Assembly: GCF_006345805.1 (NCBI RefSeq)
Contig: NC_042997.1
Location: forward strand, 208,134,001-208,198,000
Source of the DNA: Octopus sinensis
Taxonomy: Eukaryota
DNA length: 64,000 nucleotides
Direction: 5' to 3'
Every line of letters starts with the position of its first letter. Positions within the stretch are counted from its first letter, which is position 1. The position numbers and the translations under genes are program-made. The notes under the pieces are model-generated. The model saw nothing but the letters and a program-made list of their open reading frames with translations, did not search any database and was not told where the DNA came from. Shown in pieces: positions 11,000-24,161 of the stretch.

Positions 11000-13900
11000 T
11001 ATATATACTTCGTCAACACCTTCTGATAACTAAAGGATCACCCACACATTAAAAATAAGAAACAAGAAAACAAAAAAGATAAAATAACTGCAAGTTTATA
11101 ATTCAAATACAATCACAAATCTCTCAGTATTACAGCAAACATTCTGTACAATCTATTCTACATACTTCTCCCTGAATTATCAAAGAATTAGGGAACCCAC
11201 AAAAAATAATCAACAAAACAAACGAACAAAATAAACTTTAATAAAACATATCCACCAGAATGGCTAGCCACCAAAAATCCAACAAAAACTGGTCTGATAA
11301 TGAAGTCGACGTTCTTATCAACACATGGCATTGCCTTACCCAAACGGAAAATATAGGTGCTTCGTGTCTGAATGAAATTGCTAAACGAACAGTTCACCAA
11401 AATAAATTAAAGGAAATCGAAGTTGCTTTTAAATTAATCAATAAACACTTCGATAAACTGAGATGTGTTTTCTCTTCGAACGCATCACCGGCGCAGCAAC
11501 AACAACAACTTCAGTAACATCAGTAACCACAACCTCAGCAACAACAACAACAGTATGAACCATTCTTTGATTCATCTACAATAGCTGATTTGTTAAATGA
11601 TTGACCCCCCCCCCCCAGTCACCAGGGCCTCACAGCAGGAAACACCACCCCTTCCTTTCACTGCCCCAGTAGCTCAATCATCATCACTGTTAACATCTCT
11701 TATGCCTACTACTACTACTACCACTACTGCTACCTCAAGGAATCTACCTCCTACTACTAGTTCAAGAACTCTACCTCCCACCAGTCACAAAGGTTGCCAA
11801 AACCTCAACAAACTATCACCTACACCTCTCACAACTCACACACGTACCCACACACTCACTCGAAACCCCACTATAGATTATGCACTGATAGAGACTGCAA
11901 ATTCCCCCGTTTACCTGGGACAAAACTCTCTATCCCCACAAACTACAACAGCTACCACTACAACCACCAATATCTCAACCAGGGAATCCCCAAATCTGCT
12001 GCTATTCCCAACGAGACTGATTGTGTTTGCACAGGGATTGTCCCTTTACCCATCTCCCGGGGACTCGGACAAATGATAAAAATAAAAGCAAAAAACCTAT
12101 GACTCATATAAAAATAACCACAACCACAGTCACCTACAGTTCCCCAGATAGGAAACTTCTTCCTCTTTTTTTAGCTATTATGAATCTAGCAAAAGAACTG
12201 GAAAAAAACATCCGAGCTATCACCCACCCCCATCTACCACTATCACCCCACTGCACATGCCATTAAAAAGCAAACAAATAAGCAAAACACCAAAACAATT
12301 AAAACCATCCACTCTCGTCTCAACATTTTTGCTTAATGCCCAAGGCATCAGCCCTTCCACCAATACTCAAAAATGGAAGATAAAATTCCTGGAGGACTGG
12401 GTCGATGCCCATCCAAACCACATCCCTTTCTTCGTCCTCACTAAAACCCATCTTAGTAACCTCCAATTGGAAGCTGAGGTGAAAGCCATTCGTGCTGATC
12501 GTGCTGGCAGAAGAAAGGGTGGGACTGCCATTTATGTTCATGATTCATTCTCAACAGAGGCTATGAATATATTTTCAAATGGATACTGCAAAGCAGTCGT
12601 GGATTCAGTCAAACCAACAACTTAACAGTAGTTGGGCTCTACAGACCACCCCAAACGCCCCTACCATGCTTCAAGGAATGCTTCAACAACATAAAGTGTT
12701 TCATCCAGCAGTGTCAACCTGACAACATCTTAATGATGGAGGACTTCAACCTCCCCAAACAGTCTGCCACCAGGTTCTTCTGTCTCAACCCCTGACAGGG
12801 AGGCAGTGGAATTGTTTCTTGACTTTATGGATAATTTCTTCCTGTCCCAACTAGTGCTCGAACCAACGAGATGTCACAAAAACGTCCTCGACTTAATTTT
12901 CAGCAATCACACTGATACTATCCACAATATTGCAGTGGAGAAAACCCTACTCTCCGACCATGACATGGTTCTCTGTGATCTGAGATTTCACTGGCCAAAA
13001 TGCAAAACAAATGTCATCCCTCCTGTCCATCCATTTGACACTATGGATTTCCACAACGCAAACTGGGAAGTGATCAGTAATGATCTTGCACATGTCGATT
13101 GGTCCTTCACACACACACACACACCCACTAACATCAAAAAAGTCCTGGTAGCCATTTGTAGACACCATTACGAACATATGTGCAAAACACACCCCATTAA
13201 GATCTGCAAACAAATCTAAGTGCAAAATCCCTAGAAATAGAAAAACACTCATCAAGAAAATTAAAAGAATTAACAAAAAAATCAACAAGCTGAAATACTG
13301 TCAACAGCAACACACCAACCTGACTGCCATCTCATCACTAGAGATTAAAAAACATAAACTCCAAAACAACATGATGTCTATCATCAATAGTCAGAGAAGA
13401 GCTGAAGAGGCCTGGGCCATTGAGACCAAACTCAATCCCAAAGTGTTCTTTTCATTTGCAAAAAAACACAGTCACTGGTTCTACTGTTGGCCCTCTGATT
13501 GATGAAAATGGTACTCTTTAAGACAATGCCAAAACCATGGGGGAGATATTGCAGAAACAATACTGCTCTGTTTTCAGCAATCCTGATATGACTGATCTGG
13601 GCTGTATCAGTGATGTTACTCTCCAATACACTTTATCGGACATAACCTTTGGTGCTCCTGATGTCTTAGCAGCAATAAAGGAAATCAAGCATAATTCAGC
13701 AGTAGGTCCCGATAGGTTCCCTGCTTGTGTCTTGAAGATGTGTCAATACCAACTTGCACCCTCTCTAGCCAATCTGTGGATATGTTGGATATATACCAGA
13801 AAACCTATCCCAGTCTGATGTCCCAGTTTTCAAGAAAGGAAACAAATCCCTTGCCGTGAATTACTGTCCAATCTCAATCACCTCTCATATCATTAAGGTA

Positions 13901-15258
13901 TTTGAGAGAATGCTGAGATCGCGTATGATTCACTTCCTTGAGAGTCATAATATGCTCAACTCCAGCCAGCATGGATTCTGTAATGGAAGGGATTGCCTGA
14001 CACAGCTACTGCATCACTTCGATGACATTTTGAGAGCCTTAGGAGAGGGTTCCAACACTGATGTCATCTACCTTGATTTCAGCAAGGCCTTTGACAGGGT
14101 TGATCATAAAATCCTTTTGAGAAAGCTGTCCAAAATTGGTGTCACTGGAAAGCTGCTGCAGTGGATCAAGTGCTTCCTGTCAAACAGAACCCAACATATT
14201 GTAGTCGAAGGAGTCAAATCCAGCCCAGCCAAAGTCAGTAGTGGTGTCCCACAAGGCACTGTGTTGGGCCCACTTTTCTTCATCATCTATATTAATGACA
14301 TTACTGACATCATCAAACACAGTAACATTAGAATCTTCGTTGATGATTCCAAGCTCCAGAAGGTCGTCATTGGCGTGGATGACCAGATAAGCCTCCAGTC
14401 AGTCCTACTGGCTGTTGTCCAATGGGCAGAAAAGAACAATATGTTGCTAAACGAAGAAAAATTCAAACTGATCCACTTTGGAAGGGAGGATGCTCTGAAA
14501 CTCCCATACTCCCTTCCTTCTGGTGAAATTCTCATGACATCTAACATCAGAGACTTGGGAGTAATAGTGAACAACAACATAAACTGGGATACACATATAA
14601 GCAATAAAGTTGACAGGGCCCGCAGGATGTGTTCCTGGATTCTCAGAACCTTCCAGTCGAGAGATTCCCAAACCATTATCCTTCTCTTCTCCACTTTTGC
14701 CTAACCCCACCTTGAATACTACTGTCCACTGTGGTCTCCCTACACGAAACAAAATATTATGAAAATTGAAGCTCCCCAAAGGTCAATCACGAAAAGGATA
14801 GATGGCACGTCAGACCTTGACTGCTGGGGTCGACTGGAAAAGCTGAAACTCTATTCACTCCAACGATGCCATGAATGTGGAAAATATTCCATCAGCACTG
14901 TCCAAATGATGTTGGCATCACCTTCAAAATACATCCAAAGCTTGGACCCCGTGCCATCCATCCACAACAAAAGTCTAAATCGCATCTCATAATAATACAG
15001 CACAATTATTTCACTTCAATTGGACCCGCTCTCTTCAACATTACACCAGGACACGTCAAAACAGAAACTGACCACACAAATTTAAGAACTCTTTGGACAA
15101 ATTCCTCCATACAGTCCAGGACAAACCACCCACACCTTGATATGTTACCTCAAATAATAACTCTCTTCTCGAATGGGCCTTGGTGCCCAAATCCTGAATT
15201 GAAAGACTCAACCAGGTGGTGCTATTAAGATAGACATACTGGCCAAAAACCTTTCTAA
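11000..15258 (+). mobile_element. Near full-length degenerate CR1-group LINE (APE + RT); 5' boundary approximate
   Basis: APE motifs LLNAQG, RADR..RKGGTAIYV, YRPP, EPTR..NVLDLIFSN, SDHDMV. RT motifs GPDRFP, QHGF, YLDFSKAFDRVDH, GVPQGTVLGPLFF, FVDDSK. Multiple stops and frameshifts; ends at (TA)n. Confidence 0.9.
11260..11517 (+). pseudogene. Candidate ORF1 N-terminus of the CR1-group LINE with a Myb/SANT-like helix
   Basis: ATG start, then WSDNEVDVLINTW, followed by Q/T/P-rich low-complexity sequence running up to ORF2. Confidence 0.45.
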
Positions 15259-15259
15259 G

Positions 15260-15270
15260 TTATATATATA

Positions 15271-15350
<80 letters not shown>

Positions 15351-15388
15351 TATATATATATATAATATATATATATATGTATATATAG

Positions 15389-15419
<31 letters not shown>

Positions 15420-15423
15420 TATG

Positions 15424-15457
<34 letters not shown>

Positions 15458-15460
15458 TGG
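15260..15460. repeat. (TA)n / (TATG)n microsatellite
   Basis: Direct inspection. Confidence 0.95.
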
Positions 15461-16196
15461 TGCATTTTAAAATCTTTCTTATAATTTGTCTTTCATGTAT
15501 ATATCACTCATATGGCAGTGTTGTCTGCTACACACAATGTACATGCTTACCACATCACATGACTCAGGCTGATGGTCATGTGATAAGTAATTTCTAAGAG
15601 GGGAACCTGTTCAAGGAAAGAAACTTGGTTGTTCAGTTGAAGAAGGCTTCCAGAGCTAAATGGCCTCTCGTAAATACTTTAGAGTCAGGCAACGCTATAA
15701 CTCTTGGTTCAACATTATTGGACATAAGAAAATAAAACACTTATCAGTACAAATAAGTGTTTTATTTCCAGTTTTTTATTATAAAACACAAATAAGTGTT
15801 TTATTTTCATTAGTAGAAAATGTATATATATATATTAACTGAAGATTCCTTAACGACAGTTTAACCTTTATAGAATTAAGTTATCCTTGACCTGTTGAAT
15901 AGCTAGGTGAGTAACTTACCCTTTGTTGAATAATTATTACATCAGAGGAGCTGCTAGCTAGGAAATTTGGATTTTTACTCACATTCATAGCAACTCATGT
16001 GGCTAACCATGAACTATGATAAAATCTTTTTCAGCTTATCGAACCTTCAATAATGGAAAAGCATGCAAACATTGTCAATAAGTTATATTTGCTCCTGAAT
16101 GTTGTTCTTTATCCCTACCGTGGACTAATAGAAGCTTACAAAGTACCTATTCTTAGATCCTTGGATCTTGCAGTTACATATTGATATATATATATA

Positions 16197-17999
16197 CTAG
16201 CAGTATCGCCCGGCGTTGCTCGGGTTGTAAGGGAAATAATTATATAAGCATTTTTAGAGATGTAAAGTATAATAGCCATCTCAATATGGCTAACCACAAA
16301 GGGGGAGGGGTGTTACTGTAGCTTTTACGTTCTGAGATTAATAATAAATTTTAGAGAGTTACTTCCCTTATATATGTCAAAAATGGATTAAAAATGGGAA
16401 AAATTGATGGTAATTTTTTTTTTAAATCGTAGACTCATCGTAGACGCGCGCTAATACCCAGACGGTCTCGATATGAATCACCACTATAAGATACCCGGTT
16501 TTGGTTAAACTGCACCGCAAAATGTGGGAGTAGTTAGGAATGTAAATCGTAGGAGACAGACACACAACCTCACTTTTATATATAAAGATTTCCTCTATTT
16601 ACATAATATTGAGGTCTCTTTCTTTCTTTTGTTATCTTACTGTTTTTACCAATATACATATATATATATATATAAATATATATATAGTTACAGAAATGTA
16701 CTTGCATAGCAAGTGACTTGATCTGAGATCGTGTGCTGGAACGAAAACAGTTGCAGCGTTGAAGGTGTTTATAAGCCATTTAAGAAACACACAAAAACCG
16801 TTAGATTCACTTCAACATTTAAATTAAATTTGTCAAAATATTTTCGTCGCTTTGAGACCGCGACCTGTTAGCACGATATTTTTGTCAGTGAACAGGTCGC
16901 GGTCTCAAAGCGACGAAAATATTTTGGTAAATTAAATTTAAATGTTGAAGTGAATGTAACGGTTTTGTGTGTTCTTAAATGGCTTACAAACACCTTCCAC
17001 GCTGCAATATATATATACACACATATATATATATGTATGTATGTATGTATGTGTGTATATGTGTATGCATGTATGTGTGTGTGTGTGTGCGTGTCTGTGC
17101 TTGTGATTGTCCTCCACCACTGCTTGACAACGAATGTTGGTTTGTTTACATCCCTGTCACCTAGTGGTTTGACAAAGAAACAGATAGAATAAGTACAATG
17201 CTTACAAAAATAAAACTGGAGTTGATTCATTAAACTACAATTCTTCAAGGCATTGCCCCAGCATGGCCACAGACCAATGGCTGGAAAAAGCAGAAGAATA
17301 AAAGAACTGAGGGGGACCTCTACATGGTAGCTAGACCTGGTAGAAATAGCAGCAAAATTTCCCCCAAATCACACCTTACTGTCTTATCTATGTATATATG
17401 TATGTATGAGCCTATGAGGGAGACCCCTACATGGCAGCTAGACATGGTAGAAATAGCAGCCAAATCTCCCTCAAATCACACCTTACTGTCTTATCTTTCT
17501 GCTACTTGGATATAGGTGTTATATTCGTCTAAAAAAACTTTCCTGTCACACACTCACGCACACGCACACACACACACACACACACACACGCACCGTCACA
17601 CACACACACGCGCACACACACACACACACGCACGTTAGCTTACAATTTTATTTATATATTTGCGTGTGTATGTGTGGAAAGAGGAAGTGGGAGGCAGAGT
17701 GAAAGAATCACTCACCACAGTAAGTGAATTAGTTTCATTTTATTCGTTGCCCACTGTGTGTGTGCGTTTGCGTGTGGTGTAAACCAGACTAAGAAAAGCA
17801 TTTGACACACACACCAGAATGTGAGTTTTCTGTAAATTTTGCTTAATTGGAGTTTAAATTTTAAAAACTGGACCTGGCATGACGCGATGCATTGTACTCT
17901 TAAAAATGCCAGGTAAATTGTAATTGAAGAAATCCTATATTGTAGATTTGTATAACTCCCAAAGGGAGGCAGATAAAATCTGCCTTTTATAATAAGAGA
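16197..17999 (-). mobile_element. Composite non-autonomous Helitron-like element, copy B (complete, 1803 bp)
   Basis: On the minus strand: 5' A|TCTCTTATTATAAAAGG at 17999, an internal second 5' end at 16588, and a 3' hairpin plus CTAG|T at 16200-16197. Confidence 0.75.
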
Positions 18000-18015
18000 T
18001 ATATATATATATATA

Positions 18016-18200
18016 TCATCATCATCATTGTTTAGCATCCATCTTTCATGCATGAATGAGTAGGGTGGTTGATAGTTGGCCAAGTAGAAAATCTACTCAA
18101 GGCTACTGTGTCTGTTTTGGCAGGGATTTTACAGTCGGATGCCCTTCCTAACACCAACCATTCCACAGAGTAGACTCAGTGCTTTTTACATGGCACCAGC
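18016..18200 (-). mobile_element. Diverged RTE 3'-UTR copy
   Basis: (CAT)n plus GGATGCCCTTCCTAACACCAACC. Confidence 0.75.
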
Positions 18201-18384
18201 ATTGGCAGAGTAATCAAGTAACACACAAGACAAGGAATTATGAGAGGGGCAGGGCATTTGAGGAGAGGAACTTGTTTCAGAGGATGAAAGGTTAGAGTGT
18301 GACAAAGAGAGCGGAGGAGGTATCTTATTTCTTTATTGTCCACAAGGGACCAAATATAGAGGGGGCAAACTAGGACAGACAAAG

Positions 18385-18551
18385 TGATTAAGTCAATTAC
18401 ATCAACCCCAGTGTGTAACTGGTAGTTATTTAATCAACCCAGAAAGGATGAAAGGCAAAGTCAACCTCGGTGGAATTTGAACTCAGAACGTAATGGCAGG
18501 CGAAATACCGCTAAGCATTTCACCCAACGTTTCTGCTAGCTCGCCGCCTTA
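18385..18551 (-). mobile_element. tRNA-derived SINE
   Basis: Minus strand has the B-box-like GAGTTCAAATTCC and the core GTTGACTTTGCCTTTCATCCTTTCTGGGTTGATTAAATAACTACCAG. Confidence 0.75.
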
Positions 18552-18685
18552 AGAAGGTGTCTTGCCACAACAGAGGGAGCATTAGAGGAAGTGATCAAGT
18601 ATCAAATGATGAAAGGTTAGAGTGTAACAGAGAAAAAGACAGGCAGAAATAGGTGTCATGTTATAGAGGAGGTACATTGTTACCC

Positions 18686-18724
<39 letters not shown>

Positions 18725-19429
18725 AAGACAGAGTGAGAGAGGAGGAGAGATAGAAAGTGAAAGAGAAGTACAGAAAGATGCCAGAAACAAGTGTGCTGAT
18801 GTAAAGGAGATACTTGGTTAACTGGTCAGAGGGAAAACAAGAGAATGAGAGAGAGAGAGAGAGAGAGAGTGACTAAAGGGAAAGAGAGAGAGAGAAAGAG
18901 AGTAGGAAACAGCAAATGTGTAAGAGAGATGTAATGTTAGGGTGTACTGACAAGTAACAAGAATATGAGCATAGAAGGTGGGTAGAAAAATAGGCGTTGG
19001 TGTTGGAGGTGTGGAACATGGCAGTGAGGGCAAGAAAGGGAGCCGAAAAACAATCATAATTTATGAAGAGGAAATGTGATGAAGAAAAAGATGCAGTTAG
19101 AAGAGGATATGTAGTTCAATTTCTTAGGTGAAAAGTGTGATGTTACATGTGGGTGGGACACAACTGTTCTAGCAAGAACGAAGATAAGATTCTCTTCCCG
19201 TCAGGCAAATGGCCCAGTTCAATATGTAGGAAGGGAGTTAAATTTGACCACTTATACTCTTCTGGTTCTAAAATGATATATTTGTGATGTACGAGTAAAC
19301 ACGGGAGAATCCATTAAGGGATTAAAGCGAAACTATTAAATTGAAAATATCACACATTACAATAGAGAGATGCAATTGTTTCACTTTTGACACGTAATAC
19401 TGAAATAGTGGAGATGATATGATATTGCT

Positions 19430-19598
19430 CTGGGCTCACACTAGCCAGAAGTTAAAAAGTTTTTTAGCCTATGACACTATATGGACCCTAAGTAAGGCAT
19501 GTGTAAAATTTGAATGAAATTGGTTGTGTAGTTCTCGAGTTTTAGGGATTCACACAAACAAACAGACACACACATTCTCATGTTTATATATATAGAGA
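19430..19598 (-). mobile_element. Helitron/DINE-like 5' end fragment
   Basis: Minus strand A|TCTCTATATATATAAACATGAGAATGTGTGTGTCTGTTTG...AACCAATTTCATTCAAATTTT. No matching 3' end found. Confidence 0.55.
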
Positions 19599-19859
19599 TA
19601 TGCATATATATGCGTATATATATATATATATATATATACAGTTGCGGCCAAAATGTCCAGAACGGCATTGTTTTCGTCAGAAAAGTAAGTATAAGTTTTT
19701 ATCAAAGTAGTTTTATATTATAGAATTTTCACAGACAATAAATACAATATTAATTCTTATTGTCTGAGATTTTGGTGTAATTTGAGAGGATAATACAAAA
19801 GTTATGGATGATTTAGTGATTTACTGCAAAACCCATGCTGGCCAAAATGAGTTTAGTGT

Positions 19860-22800
19860 CCAAAGAAAGAAAAGCTATGCATAAGTGGGCTGGTTATGCC
19901 CCTGGCATAGGCCACGAGGTTATGGTCTCACTTGGCTTGCCGGGTCTTCTCAAGCACAGCATACTTCCAAAATTCTCGGTCACTAGTCATTTCCTTGGTG
20001 AGGCCTAATGTTCGAAGGTCATGCTTGACCACTTCATCCCAGGTCTTCCTGGGTCTACCTCTTCCACAGGTTCCCTCAACCGCTAGGGTGTGGCACTTTT
20101 TCACACAACTATCCTTATCCATTCTCACCACATGACCATACCAACACAGTCGTCTCTCTTGCACACCACAACTGATGCTTCTTAGGTCCAACTTTTCACT
20201 CAAGGTACTTACACTCTGTTGTATATACGCACTGACATTACACATCCAGCAGAGCATACTAGCTTCATTCCTTGCGAGCTTACGCATATCCTCAGCAGTC
20301 CTGGTTCATGTTTCACTGCCATATAGCATGGCTATTCGTACACATGTGTCATACAGTCTACTGTTTACTCTGAGCGAGAGGCCCTTTGTCACCAGCAGAG
20401 GTAGGAGCTCTCTGAACTTTGCCCAGGCTATTCTTACTCTAACAGCTACACTTTCTGTGCATGCTCCCCCACTACTGACTTGGTCACCTAGGTAATGGAA
20501 GCTATCAACTACTTCTAGTTTTTCTCCCTGGAATTTGGTAGAAGTTGTTCTCTGCACATTTTCAGTGTTTATTGCTCTGAGCATCTGCCACATACAAAAA
20601 CTATCTTCCAGTTAGCTTTCCTTTGATATTGCTGCACCTCTTATGTGTCCATAGCTTACATTGGGTACATCTTATAGAGTTTCTACCTACACCTTTTCTA
20701 CAGATCGAGCAAGGCCATCTACTTGATGGGATTTGTGGTTTGTCTACCTTCCTATTTATTAGGACATTGGTTTTAGCTAGGTTGACTCTAAGGCCCTTTG
20801 ATTTATATCTTTTTCTCCACACCTGAAACTTCTCTTCTAGTTCTGATAAGGACTCAGCAATTAGAGCAAGGTTATCAACATAGATGAGCTCCCAGGGGCA
20901 TCCTGTCTTGAATTCCTCCATTATTGCCTGGAGGACTATGATAAATAGGAGGGGGCTGAGGACTGAACCTTGGTGGACCCCTACCTCTACCCGGAATTCT
21001 TCAGTGTACTTGTTGCCAACCCTCACCTTACAGCGTCCCTGTAGATGCCTTGCACAGCTCTCACTAACCATTCATATATCTCTAGTTTCCTCAATGACCA
21101 TCAGATAAGTGATCGCGGGACCCTGTCAAAGGCTTTCTCCATGTCAATGAAAGCCAGGTACAGTGGTTTATCTTTGGCTAGGTATTTCTCCTGCAGCTGT
21201 CTTACAAGAAATATAGCATTAGTGGTGCTTCTGCCTGGCACAAAACCAAACTGCATCTCATCTAAACTGACTCTCTCCCTAATTAGTTGGGCTATGACCC
21301 TCTCCGTGACCTTCATTACCTGATCCAACAACTGGATATCTCTGTAATTATTTGTATCTAAAGCGTCACCTTTACCTTTGTAGCAGTTGACTATTATGCT
21401 GCTACACCAGACATTTGGTATGACTCCTTCGTGTATCACCTGGTTAACTATATAGGTGACTAGGCTATAGCAGACACTGCCAGATATTTTGAGCATCTCT
21501 GTGGTGACTCCTGATGGACCAGGGGCTTTCCCTGTCAATTCAGATGGCTGGTCCCTCTGTGGGGTTGACATTCGGCAGACAAGTGAACCATCATCCATAC
21601 GGACACATTTCTCTCCTACAACATCACGATTCTCTCTCACACACTGTCTTGCAACACGGCACAGAATATTGGTAAATTTTTACTTATCTGCTTCCTCTCT
21701 GGCTTAATAAACCTGTCTCCTAGCTTCCATTCTGGCAGTCTGATACGATTCCCTGCTACCACTGTTCTTCCAGTCCTTCCAAGCCTGTTTCTTTTCTCTA
21801 ATAGCCCTGTCAACAACACTGTTCAACCACCACATTATTTTGGGTCTTGAGGAGACTTTGCACCATCCACAGATCTGGTCGGTGGCTCTTAGTAGGTTGT
21901 CCCGTAGAAACCTCCAGTTGTATTCCACATCGTGTTCAGCTATGTCCCCTTCTATTTTGTCAAAGGCTTCAAGTAAATCTCTGTCCATTCACAGGATCGT
22001 TAAGCTTCCAGACCCTTCTCCTCCATGTTAGTTGTCTTCTGGGCATCTACTTAGCTCTGATCCTGAAGTCACTAACTACCAGTCTATGTTGTGGGGTACA
22101 TTCTTTGCCTGGGAAGGTTTTGGCATTTATATGTAGCGATCTTTCTTGTTTCCTAGCAAGGATGTAGTCAATTTGGCTAGTGTGTCCGCCAGAACAATAG
22201 GTGACTACGTGACTGGCAGGTTTTCTGAGGTTAGTATTGCAAACCATAAGATCATTCATCGCAGAACTCCAGCAGCCTGGTTCCCTCCACGTTGCGGGAA
22301 TTATAACCATAGCTTCCAAGTACGCCATGGAAGCCCTCTGTATGTTGTCCAACATGTCCATTGATGTCACCAGCCAAAAAAAGAAGGTCCCTGTAATTCG
22401 TCAACGCGGTAGTCTGCAGTAGGGTGTCATAAAATCGGTCTTTCTGCCCATCAGGTAGCCCTGGCTGAGGGGCATAGGCCGAGATAATGGTTACTAATCC
22501 ATGATGAAGCACTAATCTAATCTTAAGTATTCTGTCACATCCTCTGACTACCTCAATTAACTTATCTACCCATTTTCCTGCAAAAAGTATACCCACGCCC
22601 CCGACCCCATCGGTGTTCCCAGCCCAGAAAACCTTGTACCTATGTTCTTTGCCTGCGAGGTACCTAGCAGAACCTCCTCTCCACCTTACTTCTTGGATGC
22701 AGCACATATCAACACATCTCCATTCAAGCATCTCAACAATCTCACCAGACCTACCTTTCAGTGTGCCAACATTGAGAATGCCAACCCTGAGGGTATGGGA

Positions 22801-23100
22801 GGTATGGGCCCTTGAGACCCTGGGATGGGGGACAGTAGCATCACGTACCTGAAAAGAGAGCTCACATTTGGCAGAGTTCATAAACAAACAATAGCCTTAA
22901 GTTCCACCTGCGTACACTATCATATTTTTGCACTATATGATCACTACCTTGTATAGTAGGGGGTGGAGATGACATAAAGCCTTTAGAAGTGTTCATGGGA
23001 GGCAACCAAAGGATGACAAAAAATAGGGACTTCCGGTACAGGTGGATGGGGTGGAGGGCCGGGTGCACCGCAAACTAGCAAACATGGATGAGAGCATCTT
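19860..23100 (-). mobile_element. Near full-length degenerate RTE-clade LINE (APE + RT)
   Basis: APE: LNVGTLKG, CIQEVRW, ISAYAPQ, GDING, SQIDYIL, QHRLVV. RT: QFGF, DMEKAFDRVPR, GVHQGSVLSP. C-terminal GRGRPRKTW. Many frameshifts. Confidence 0.93.
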
Positions 23101-23239
23101 CTGGATACGTTTTCTTTCAGCAGATGTATTAAAAATCAAGTAGGGGAATCTGAGTGCATGTGCTAGTTTATATAGGGTAGTGGTGGTGGTGGAGGAAGTA
23201 GGAAGTCTTGGCGAGGTGAGTGGTTATCGAGAGAGATAG

Positions 23240-23640
23240 AGAGACAGAGAGAGAGAAATGGTGCCAGAGTAAAGGTGGTCAGAACACGAGGGAGAAAAAT
23301 ATTCTTTTGGATTTTGGGTAACATAATTTAATGAAACAGCAAATGTTGATAATAGTAAAATAGAATTGAAAAATCTGTGAGTTTTCGGTCAGCCCATCTA
23401 AGATAAAATTAGAAAAATAAGTGACTGAGTGATAAACTTATATATATATTAGACTGAATGAGATAACAAAGCGAAGGGTTTGAGGATTTTTCTGGACATT
23501 TATACAGAAATAGTCCTACAGCTGTTTCTGGGATATTATGAATATCCCTTCATCAGAGACACTGTGAGAAAATATTTGCGTTCAGATTACTGTGAAAAAG
23601 GAGGTGATAGGGAATATAGAGGGAAATAAGAGAATGAAAG
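23240..23640 (-). mobile_element. PLE pLTR fragment related to the 3' end of the 4553-7225 element
   Basis: Shares the hammerhead motif and the downstream TATAAATGT...TTATCTCATT with 7100-7215. Confidence 0.6.
23513..23560 (-). ncRNA. Minimal type-I hammerhead ribozyme motif (intact core)
   Basis: Minus strand GTCT-CTGATGA-A-GGGATATT-CAT-AATATCCC-A-GAAA-C-AGCT-G-TA^GGAC. Helix I is 4 bp, helix II is 8 bp and the helix III loop is palindromic. Confidence 0.8.
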
Positions 23641-23655
23641 TAGAAATAAGATATA

Positions 23656-24130
23656 CTAGTAGTATAGCCCGGCATTGCCTGGGATTAAGTTAGGATTATT
23701 AAGTTAATCAAGCACTTTGTTTCAAACCAAACTAAGTAACACTGACATCAAATTTGAGTGAAATCCATTGAAATTGGTAAATGTTTGACAATTTGATTGA
23801 GAAATCCCATAAAGAATTGATCTATCGATTTTTCCATTCATCAATTATTTTATTTTCTTGAAGAACTTAAAGCATTCAAAGATCCCATGAGTCTTAAGTG
23901 ATGCTGGCATCAAGTTTGAACAAAATACGTCAAAACTGGTAAAAGTTATGGTTGAAAAAGGGGTGTAGCCAATTTTAGTGGGAAATCCTATAAGGAATCA
24001 GTTTATCAATTTTTCATCTTAATTGAATGGAAAACCCCATAAGAAATCAGTTTATTGATCTTTCACCCCAAATAGGACTTAACCGAACATTGCTGATTCA
24101 AAAAATCTATATTTATACTTTAAAGTTGGT
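23656..24130 (-). mobile_element. Non-autonomous Helitron 3' part
   Basis: Minus strand CCC(A)GGC-AAT-GCCGGG hairpin, then CTATACTA-CTAG|T at 23659-23656. Internal subrepeats AAATCCCATAA(A/G)GAA. 5' end not located. Confidence 0.6.
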
Positions 24131-24161
24131 TTTCATACCCAACCCAGTTCTGCAGAATCAG

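Noticed and set aside
15208-15597. YI/IY-repeat ORFs here and at other TA/CA tracts
   Set aside because: Translations of microsatellites.
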